64,000 nt of DNA from Eledone cirrhosa (Eukaryota), in assembly GCA_964016885.1 (NCBI GenBank), contig OZ024740.1:58900001-58964000 (forward strand), written 5' to 3'. Below the pieces are notes generated by a model, which worked only from the letters and a program-made list of their open reading frames with translations, did not search any database and was not told the DNA's origin. The translations under genes and the position numbers were made by a program. This document shows positions 53,216 to 64,000 of the stretch, piece after piece (the first letter of the stretch is position 1; each line of letters begins with the position of its first letter).

Positions 53216-54989
53216 TTAAGCCACCCCAATAAAGTCTATGCTGTCTAGCATAGTGGTGGTGGTGGTGATGGTGAGAGAAAAAGAAGAAGAAGAATGTTAC
53301 AAGAAATAATATTAAAATCTTCAAATCACAACCTATCTTATTTACTATTAATGTCCTTTATCCCACAAAACCTCATTAACAAAGACATTCTTGAAAAAGT
53401 ATAATGTGACTAGATCACATTGAAAATTGAAGTCTACTACACCTTTTCATAATGATCTGTCCACTAGTGAAAATACTATAAACATTTGAATAAACAAACC
53501 TGTTTTTAAAAATTTTGTGATAAACCATTACAGGATGTCAAGAATTTTTTTTTAAAGTGTGAGGGGGGGGGGGGCAAGGCACAAAAGCATTCCAATCATG
53601 ACCGTTCCATCTTTTGGAAATCAAGGTCTACATTGTCCAATGTATCCTTCTTTATTTAAAACTATAATTCATGATTTGAAAGAAATTTGGCTGCTATTTC
53701 TAGCAGATTGTGTGGTTGCAAAGCAGCTCACTCATTGACACTAACCCCTATGCCTGTTGACTGACTCTGTGTATCTTACTGCCTGTTGGTCCCTCCCTTC
53801 TCACTCCCTCTCTCTCTCCTATCTTTCACTTTTCTCCCATCCCCCTCTCTCTCACCCTCCCTTTTCCTTACACAGACAAACACACACATAAACACTTTCA
53901 TAGGGGAATCAAAACCATAGACTTCAAAGAATTCAGAATTTTCTCTTACAAATTTGTTCAAAATTTCATATCTTTTCTCTTTGCTGTTATTGTCACATAT
54001 TTCCTTCTTTCTCTACCAGCCACTTCTGTAATAGTTTCATCTTTCTTTCTCTCCCAATCTCCTATCATTATAACTAGTAGAATGTTATCTCTCAAGCTAA
54101 AATAGGAAACTGCAGTTGCTGCATCTTTTGTGTTCAGCATGCTATTACTTCAGTTTTATAGAAATAGCTGAAGGCTGTTATATTTTGTTGGGGCTGTCCC
54201 TTTTCCTTCTCTAATGAATATTGATTAAAACGAAAATAAATAATACTTTCTTTGAATATTTTCTATCAGTTGTTTTAAAATGCAACACATTGAATTATTT
54301 TTGTGAATTTAATTAACAATGTGTTCAAATTCTGATGGCCTCAGATATCTTAAAACAATGTGTAGACATAGATGCATGCATGGTCGTGTGGTAAGAAGTT
54401 TGCTTCAAAATCATAGGATCTCAGGTTTAATTCCACTGCATAGCATCTTATGAAAATGTCTTCTATCATAGCCTCAGGTTGACACATGCCTAATGATTGA
54501 AATTGGATAGACAGAAACTGGGTAGACAGCCTGGTGGATGGATTATACCAGTAATTGAAAGACTAGCCTAGTCACTTGCTGTGTCATGCTCATTCTAACT
54601 GGGGAATAATTTACCTTTTTTTTTTTTTTTACATGTATAACAAAGATCATCTTTTATTCACAGTTGTATAAAAAATATAATAAAATAATTGTTTATATTT
54701 TTGGCACAAGGCCAACAATTACCCAGTGCATTACTGGTACTTTATTTTATCGACTCTGTAAGGATGAAAGGCAAAGTTAACGCTTACAGAACGAAAACAC
54801 AAACACATATGAAATATCAAGGGCGGTGCCCCAGCATGACCTCAGCCGGATGGCTGGAACAGGTAAAAGAGTAAAAGATTAATAGAAATAGAATTGCGAA
54901 AAGAGAGATAAAAAACATAAAAAAGAAAAAAAAAGGGGAGAGGCAATTCACCACCAAGTGCAACAATTGGCCACACATCGCATCATAGG

Positions 54990-55380
54990 AGTTAACTAAA
55001 CACTTTGAGGCAAGCTCGCAGCATTGCCACGGGTGATGGTGAGGCTAAGGCACTGAAACAACCAGGCACCATCACAGGCATCACCTGACACCTCTGTAAG
55101 GCAAGCCGCCAGTGATGACAAGAACTTCGCAGTCAGCGGCCCGACTCCTCTAAATGTTTCTAACACCACAGGCTGGAAAAAATAATTACTGGATAAATCC
55201 AGGTATTTTCGAATTTTATTCCGTTTGGCAATGGAAGCAGTGACCCCAACATTTACTGCGGCGTCCATGATGTGGGAGGGAGCAAATGAGTCCCTAACTG
55301 TGATGCCCCAGATGAGACACCTACCTCTTACTAAGGGACAAAGGGTAAGGCTTTCTGGTCTCTTCCCATCACTTCTGGAT
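54990..55380 (-). mobile_element. CRE-type retrotransposon restriction-like endonuclease fragment
   Basis: DGKRP..LTL..GRCLIW..TV.D.FAPSH..K.RKY..L..FQPVVLETF..WLFQCLS..ITRGNAA. Confidence 0.75.
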
Positions 55381-57210
55381 CATATTTTTAATAAATGACA
55401 CTGCCTAAGATTTTTTAATCATTTTGAAAATAATCAAGAATTTGGATGGATTTAGTAATATACCGAACCTTCTTGTTATGAAGCTGATATTTGGAACATA
55501 TAACAAATTTTCTTAGATAAAATTTTGGTAGAAGAATTTTAGATAAAAACTTTAAAATAAAGTTTTGAATCATACTTCTATTGAAAGACACTGCCTATGA
55601 TTTTCTAATCATGTTGGAAATAATCAAGAATTTGAAGACTAACCTCATTATTAAGACAATGTTTGGAACAAAACAACAAAGTTTCTTACATAAAATTATA
55701 ATACCAGGTTTTTAGATAAATACTTTACAATAAACAGCTTTGTATTTAGAACCAAGGGCGGTTTCAGACTGTTTGCTATCAAAATGGTTAAAAGTACTCA
55801 TGTCAGAATACCCTGCTATTTTTGCTATAATTCAGCGAGTAGATAGTTCAGTTGACTGAACAGCTGGAATATTCCTTGTTAAAACAGAATAATTTCATTT
55901 TTACTTTTTTAACTTGTACATATCTGCATAAAACGAGAGCAGTTGTTGAAATTAAGTACTGCAAATTGGTATTTTCTTGAAAGAAATGTTGAGTAGATAT
56001 CTATGCTCACAGCTACATATAGTTTGGCTGATTATCAAAAGTGTTTATCTCAAGAGGAAACAAAAAAACGTGTAAATTCAACCACTTTTTTACATTCTAT
56101 GCAAGGTACACAATTACAAATCTGTGGTTGATTTCTTTATGTTTAGTAAGATAGCATATGAAGGGTAGTAAAAGAAAAAATTCTATTACCATTATTTCCA
56201 GATTATACAGCTATATAAATATGTACCCATCATTTACTGATAACACATGCTATATTTGTCAAATCTTAATGTTTATGAGAACCATTACAAAAATATTTCT
56301 CACTGATAAGTGAGAAAATAAAATAGATTATAGAAAAGATTCTACACTTTACCTATATATGATGACATCTGTATACTATCAACATCGTCATCATCCCTTC
56401 ATCAGCATCATCATTAAAAAAGTTAAAAGCACATATTTCTCCATACTAACACCAGTGATGTGGCAGAGTTGTTAGAGTGTTGGATATTTCTTCTGGGTTT
56501 CAGTGTTTTGTGTTCAAATCCTGTCAAGGTCTACTTTGCTTTTCATCCTCTCAGGGTCGATAAAGAATGTGTGTGTTTGTGCAGCCCTCTGTCCTTCCAG
56601 TTGCCATGTTCTGGATGTACAGCTGAATCAATGGAGAGAGGGTTAAGTGAGTGTCTATGTCTGGTCATGACTGCATGGGTCCCTAAAACCCTTAGGGAAA
56701 ACATGGTTTATACTACCAAGTCATACACAATCGCAAGTGATGGCTGTAGTAGTTTATACTGATGCTGTATAACCTAAGATCATTCATCCTTTGTATTTAT
56801 AATCTGTATTGAATTTTTCTTATCTAAAGCCATTCTATGTCTCTGACTCATTGCTCTTACATAAAGAGAGCTGATTCAATTTGGTGAAAGATATGGACAC
56901 AGGTATGTCTGTGGTGCTAAAAAGTTCAATATCACTACATGGCACCATGGACAAGTGTCTTCAGCCATAATCTCAGATTAAAATACCTGGTGAGAGGAAT
57001 GTGGTAGACTGAAAGTCTATCAAAGTCTGTTGTATAAACACACAAACACCAACATCGTGAAGTTGATCATGGACAGAAATGACATCTTCATAAATAATTA
57101 ACCCTAGCTCAGGATTGGGAGCTCATAAAGGATTAGAATAAAGTTTGAATGGAAGCTTAAAGTCTTATTTCAAAGTGCCAGAGACAATCCTGGCCGAAAT
57201 CCTACCTATT

Positions 57211-58420
57211 AAGCATCAAGACTTATGGCAAAACTCTCTGCAATAGATGCGAGAGATGATCTTTATAACTGGTTGAAGTCCTTCATTCTCAGTCGAAAAG
57301 AGGTAGTCTTGGTTCTAGGACAGCATTCTTCACCCTATGAGATGTCATCTGGTGTACCACAGGGATCTGTTCTTGGTCCCTTTTTGTTTGTTGCATATAT
57401 TAATGACATAATGTCAACCTAAAGAATGCCACAGTGCTGAAATATGCAGATGACATCAAGCTGTACCTTGAGATAAAAAGGACAGATCCTGAACACTATA
57501 GATCTTTCCTGCAATCAGACCTTGACACTATGCAGCAATGGATCATGGACTGGCAACTCAAGTTGGCTGTGGACAAGTGTACCACCATGCATTTTGGGAG
57601 GAAAAACCCAGTATCCACATACTCTTTCCACAACACTAATCTCAAGAAGTCTTCTTGTGAACATGACCTGTGCATTACTGTCTGCAGCGATTTGCATTGG
57701 ACAAAACGTCTTTAAAATTGTCAAGAAGGCCGAGGGTGTCTTAGCATCACTCAACAAAACCTCTGTTAGCCGCTCTCCAGCTATCTATTTAAAGTTGTAT
57801 ATAGCTATGGTGCAGCCACACTTAGAATTTGCATCACCAATCTGGAACCCTATCTTGCTCAGAATATTAACTTCCTGGAACTGTTCAAAGATGTGTAACC
57901 AAGCAAATACCCTCCATCAGGCATCGACCATACTCTGAACACCTTACTTCCCTGGGCATGGATACATTGAAACTCCGACATCTGGCAACTGACTTGGTAA
58001 ACACCCACAAAATTATTAACCATCTTACCAACAACAACCCTGAGCACCTTTTGGAATTCCACCTGTCTAACACCCGTGGACATGCCTACAAAGTCAGAAA
58101 ACAGCACAGCTCCCATGACTTTCGGAAATATTTTTTCACGTTCAGAGTGGCTGAAGCATGGAACAAACTACCTGCATGAGTTGTTAGCTGCTGGGACACT
58201 GGATCCTTTAAAACTTCCATGCTTCCTGAAATTTGCCAACACTACACCTGATATTCCCCCTCTGTACACACGCATGCATGTATCTGTGTGTATATCATGA
58301 TTCATACACTGTTGACTTTCCTGACATTTGTACATTATTCTATGTATTATATACATGCACCTTTGATGAGTTGTAGAGCACCTGAGCATTGTACACAATA
58401 ATTTCATTATTATTATTATT
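57211..58420 (+). mobile_element. CR1/L2-type LINE 3' fragment
   Basis: SGVPQGSVLGP, KYADDIKLY, TRGH, WNKLP across frameshifts; (ATT)n tail. Confidence 0.9.
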
Positions 58421-58837
58421 TGAGGAGTTTCTCCTCTTTTGACAATGACTTCCTCAAGCCTCTTTCTGACTGCACCACAAGATTTCTTAATGAATTCCTC
58501 ATCAATGTCCTCCTCCCAATTTCTATGGATGGAGATTTTGAGGGCTTGCAGCTTACTCTGGGGCTTCTCACAAGCTTTTCTGACCAGTTCATTCTAGATG
58601 CTGAAGTCTAATGGGTTCAACTCAGGTGATCAAGGGGCCAAGTGTCCTTATCTCAAAACCTGTTCCCAAACTCATCCCTGAGAAATTTTTGAGCCACTGT
58701 ACGTGTGTGACAAGGAACTCCATCTTGCTGCTGTCAGTATGGCCAGATGTCTTATCTGGAAAACATGGAAAATTGCAAATCGATCAGTTTATTGGTTTTA
58801 AGAATTTGTGAGCATGACAATTTTGTTGTTATACCAG

Positions 58838-58845
<8 letters not shown>
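58421..58845 (-). pseudogene. Tc1/mariner-superfamily transposase C-terminal relic
   Basis: QQDGVPCHT..WPP*SPELNPLDFSI motifs with stops. Confidence 0.75.
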
Positions 58846-58871
<26 letters not shown>

Positions 58872-59137
58872 GACAAAGAACAAAGAAGGTGTGGTACAAT
58901 ACCATGTGGAACATAATGCTCAATGAATGGACCTGTTATTTTTATTTAAAGACATTCCAGCCCACCCGTCCCCTTAAACTTTCTTATTTCTCATTCTTTC
59001 TTCTGATGAAAGACTAGTGTCCAAAACGTTAAGACCCTCTTCCTGCTATATCAAGCGTTAACCTAATATATCCCTTCCATATACTGTACCGATTGTGTTG
59101 TTATTTCTGTTTACCTTTTACATACATGGAGGCACAT

Positions 59138-59486
59138 GGAGGCACATGGCTTAGTGGTTAGAGCATTGGCCTTGCAATCGAAAGATGTGAGTTCAATTCT
59201 CAGACCGGGTGATGTGTTGTTTCCTTGAGCAAGACACTTTATTCCACATTGCTCCAGTTTACTCAGCTGTAGAAATGAGATGATAGGGACTGGGGTCCCT
59301 ATCATTCCACTGCAAAGTGGTCGTGGAGGTGCCACGGCAAAAAAGCACCCAGCACTCACTGTAAATGAGGTTGGTGTTAGGAAGGGCATCCAGCTGTAGA
59401 AATCAAGCCAGAATCAGTTCCCGTCCCACCCTTGCAAGCAGGGAAAAGCGGACGTAAAAATGATGATGATGAAAAATGATGATGAT
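59138..59486 (+). mobile_element. tRNA/CORE-like/RTE-tail SINE
   Basis: Same family as 6170-6520; first 10 nt duplicated (GGAGGCACAT twice). Confidence 0.85.
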
Positions 59487-59878
59487 ACATATATATATAC
59501 ATTAAAGTAATTACCAAATACGGTTTCATTAAATATTGATTTACAATCATTTCGTCCCTCATTGGGACTTATCAAATCAATCATTTAACCATTCATAATT
59601 AAATACTTCAACATAATGTCTCACCATACAGACCAACAATTCACGGTCAAAGCGTTTTTTTACATTTAATAAGATGCCATATATATTAGAGAGTCGGGGC
59701 TTGACAGCCTAGCTTTTGCCATTTCAACTGCAAATTCCAGACTAAAATTTGCTGCCAAAACGGCATGAGCTCTGCCGTTGGGCCCCAACTCTTTAATATA
59801 TTTACACTCTACTACTCCAATTATCAAGTATCCTGCTGAATAAGAGTCTTACTAGTTTAAAACTGGTAAAATCCTGAT

Positions 59879-59911
<33 letters not shown>

Positions 59912-61145
59912 GCATGTATGATAGAAAACAATGAGAGGAATGTAAAAACTGAATTAGAAGATCTTGCCATAACTTTGACTAAATAAAAAGTCTAATAATG
60001 ACGGGGCAGCTAAGCCCCCTGAACTGGTAGCCATCAGTACACATGGGACTTGAACCTACACCTCTTGTTTGCCAGAAAAGTGCATTATGGAAAAATGATA
60101 GCACACGTGTCTGGCAAACATGAGGTATAGGTTTGACCCCATGTGTGCTGATGCCCATTTTTCCCCTTTCAGTGGGCTTATAGGTCTCGTTATTATTAGT
60201 CTATGTTATTTAGTCAAAGTTGTGGCAAGATCTTCAATTTATATATATACATGTATGTGTGTGCGTGTGTGTGTGTGTGTAAATATATATATATATATGT
60301 GTGAGTGTGTGTGTGTGTGGGGGGGGGGGTCTTTATACAATAGGCTTCCATAGAGTTTCTATGCTCTACCGAATGCATTTTATTATGGCATCAGTACTAG
60401 AATGGTTGTCATGTCTTTGACACAGTTAAAGAGTCTTTTTGACCCTTTGGCAGGTTTTCTATAGCTGGAATCCCTTCCTATCACCAACCACTCAGTGACT
60501 GTGTGTATTGGGTTTGTTTATCATCTAGATCTCTAACACTTGACAAACATGGCTATGCTTCATCTCAACCAATTTTTATTAACGATTTTTTCATATTTCT
60601 CATATTTCTTGGACCAATAGCTAACTAAATCCATGTGAAAAGATTAGATATGACTATACTAGACTGAGTTGGGCTCTGCCAGGTTTAAAAGTGCCAGAGA
60701 CATACTGTATGACAGTGCCTCTACGACTCCACAAGGACTTATGGGATATTTATCCTATACTTGATGATAACACAAAATATAAGCCAAAATATTAACAGAT
60801 GCAGCACAGACAAAGCTAATTATAACTCTGATGCTTTAACTGATAAGAAATTTTATATCAGGCATCTATGATTCCTACCACTACCATCACCTTTTACAAT
60901 GACTGCTACAATACATTAATAGTATGACTATTCTAATTCTGAAGATGTAGCTGTGAAGGTCTCAAAATTATAACACACATATGGATTTTGAAATGCTATT
61001 GTTCCAAACTAATCATAAAGAACTAATTACAAAATACAAAAAATCTTTAACTAATAGAAATGATCACACTGGAGCACAGTTTTCAGTATAACATTTGCAA
61101 AAAAAGCTGTTTCTACTTTTACATATATATACATGCGTGTATTTA

Positions 61146-61176
<31 letters not shown>

Positions 61177-61664
61177 GAAAAAGTATGACTCCAGACGGCA
61201 GAGCTCAAGCCGTTTCGACGGCTATTTCTGGACTACAGAGATAGCCGTCGAAACGGCTTGAGCTCTGCTGTCGGGGTCATACTTTTTCCTATTACCAACT
61301 CTACTACCATAAGTATTGAGTACACTGGTGCGTTATGGTTCATCTGGTTCCTTACCACAACTCCTTCATTATATATATATATATATATACATCCAGTCCT
61401 AAATATATGAGGTTGTGTAGGTGTCACGACAAAAAAAACACACAGTCCACGCTGTAATGTGGCCGTGTAGGTAACACGGTAAAAACCACCCAGTTCCACA
61501 CTGTAAATGTGGTTGGTGTTAGGAAGGGCATCCAGCCATTGAAAACCAGCCAGACAGTCCTATGCAAGCAAGACAACCACTCTTGCCTCAAGTGGGAAAA
61601 CTCCCGTCCAAACCCATGCAAGCGTGGAATATGGACGTTAAACGATGATGATGATGATGATGAT

Positions 61665-62095
61665 ATATAGGAGCTGAGTTTTATTGTAGCACAATAAAGC
61701 AATGCAAATATCTCAGTATTAAAGGTTATCTCTCTCTCTCACTCATTTTCCCCTCCTCTCTCATCCTTCCTTCTTATACTCCTCCTCCGTCATCCTTTCC
61801 TTATTATTATTTTTTTTTTTTCTTATTATATTCTTTCTTCCTCTTCCTTACCTTTTCCTTCCCCCCTTTCTTTTTCTTTTTTTTCTACCAATCCTTCTTA
61901 TTTTATTTTTCATATGTTGATTTAACACTTCACTGCTCGCAAGTGTTTTTTAAGCTTCATATCATGTCTCCCTATTTTATCTGATGAGAACGCAAATATC
62001 ATCCCATGATGATATTTGTTTTTGAAATGCGCATAATAAAATACATGGAACTCTTTTAACCGTTTTTTGATTTTATATTATATAAATATATATAA
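61665..62095 (+). mobile_element. Diverged short copy of the main PLE terminus with HHR (61973-62043) and inverted tail
   Basis: TATTTTAT-CTGATGA-GAACGCAAATATCAT..ATGATATTTGTTTTT-GAAA-TGCGCA-TA-ATAAAATA; 61665-61712 is an inverted match to ~43196-43240. Confidence 0.8.
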
Positions 62096-62134
62096 TATAT
62101 AATATGAAATGAAATGATGATATATATATATACA

Positions 62135-64000
62135 CCTCGTGGACGAGAATGCGAGCACTCCTCTTTGTTTCGACCGCGGACGGCTAACATAACCCCATCT
62201 CCCCCCGCCCCCCACCGCCCCCACCCTCCAAACGCAATCCAAAACTTCAGAGTTGGTACCATAAATGTAGGCACCCTAAAGGGTCGCGCTAACGAGGTTG
62301 TAGAAATGCTTGAACGTAAGGAGGTCGATGTTTGTTGTATTCAAGAGACCAGGTGGAGGGGTGGGTCTGCTAGATTCATTGAGAGTAAAAAACGATGTTA
62401 TAAGCTTTTCTGGGTGGGAAACGACGATGGGCTGGGTGGAGTAGGAATCATGGTAGCAGAAAAGTGGGCAGATAAGATAATAGACGTAAATAGAGTGAAC
62501 GACAGAATAATTAAAATACGACTTGTCCTCAATAGAACTACGGTGACAGTAATATCTGCGTACACACCCCAATCCGGACTGCCCGGCACTATAAAAGACA
62601 GATTCTATGAGACACTGATGCTCACTACCTCCCAAATAACCGACAGTGACTATATAATTATTGCAGGCGACCTAAATGGTCACGTTGGACAACATTGTGA
62701 CGGCTACGACGAAATCCATGGAGGCTATGGGTTTAGTACTAGAAATGAGGAAGGCTCCAGAATCCTGGAATTCTGTGACGCAAATAACCTAACTATCTGT
62801 AACACTAACTTCAAAAAACGTGACAATCACTTGATCACCTATAGATCCGGGGAACACACAAGCCAGGTAGATTATATCCTTACCAGAAGACGTGACAGAG
62901 TGTCTGTTGTAAACACTAAATCACTCCCCCATGAAGAATGCACCTCCCAACATAGACTGATAATTAGCGACCTCATAGTCAGGACGAGATGTACTCGACA
63001 GCAGAAGAGGACTATCCTCAGGAGAAAAATATGGAAGCTAAAGGACCCCACAGCCAGAAATAAATTTCAAAGCATATTACTTGATGCTTTCGAAAGTAAG
63101 GAAGAGCATTTAGAGTCGGACAATATAGAGGGACAGTGGGAATTTCTGAAAACAAACCTGCTGATGGCGACAGACGAAGTCTGTGGCTGGAGCAGGCCTG
63201 TAGGCAGGAGGAGAGTAACATAGTGGTGGAACAGTAAGGTGGAGGGGTCAATTAAGGGCAAAAAGCAGGCTTGGAAAGTATGGCGGGATGGGGGAAGTAG
63301 AGAAGACTATCAAGTGGCCAGGAGGGAAGCTAGGAGATAAGTGTACTTCACAAGAAGGGAAGCAGAGGAAAGAAAGTTCAAGCATGTTCTACAACGCAAG
63401 GACAAAAAACGTGAGGTGTTCAGGATTGCTAGGCAATGTGTCAAGGAAAACCGTGATATTGTCGGGGAGAAGTGTGTACTTAATGATGACGGCGTACTTG
63501 CCATCACCGACGCTGATAAGAAGGTAGCTTGGAAGTGTCACTATGAAAGGCTACTAAATGAGGAGAATAAATGGGAGAAAGACAGTCTCCCCCACATCGA
63601 CCCAATAGAGGGACCAGCAGTGTTAGTCGAGGGGATTATAATAAGTAAGGCAATCAAGGATATGAAGGCGGGTAAGGCGGCTGGGCCTTCGGAAATAGTT
63701 GCTGAGATGCTGAAGGCATCTGGCACGGTGGGACACACCATGGTCACCCGCATAGTTAACCAAGTCGTACAGAATGGGGTTGTTCCGAAGGACTGGCATA
63801 GCAGCATCATCGTTAACTGTTATAAGGGTAAAGGAGATGCCCTAGATAGGTGTAACTATAGAGGCATTAAATTAATCGACCAGGTCATGAAGGTCACGGA
63901 AAAAGTAATAGCGCAACTAATCAGAGAGAGAATTGACCTAGATGAAATGCAGTTCGGGTTTGTGTCAGGCAAAAGTACCACAGACGCTCTTTTCATTGTA
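62135..64000 (+). mobile_element. RTE-clade LINE (APE domain and start of RT), stops at 63221 and ~63338, runs off the right edge
   Basis: GTINVGTL, IQETRW, SAYTPQ, GDLNGHVG, QVDYIL; later GKAAGPS, YKGKGD, NYRGIKL, QFGF. Confidence 0.92.

Overview
Eukaryotic, AT-rich, almost entirely repeat-derived DNA. The SINE/LINE set and the very dense (TA)n/(CA)n/(GAT)n microsatellites suggest a coleoid cephalopod such as Octopus (inference). No host gene can be confidently called; there are two tentative minus-strand micro-exons. Content: RTE-clade LINEs (one near full-length copy with a 13-bp TSD, two 5' halves at the window edges, many 3' tails), CR1/L2-type and CRE-type fragments, tRNA-derived SINEs, non-autonomous Helitrons, Tc1/mariner and piggyBac relics, and a solo LTR. 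The main signal is a Penelope-like element (PLE) / hammerhead ribozyme (HHR) system sitting in (TA)n tracts. It has three parts: (i) a ~6.3-kb PLE (RT + GIY-YIG) arranged as a palindrome with ~2.8-kb arms, each ending in a type I HHR; (ii) directly upstream, a non-coding array of 466-bp highly structured units, each with a minimal type I HHR (retrozyme-like), showing the same inverted-plus-direct architecture and a snap-back hairpin junction; (iii) about ten further, mutually dissimilar HHR-bearing or fold-back modules across the window, several with greatly extended stem II. All alignments and folds were made by eye.
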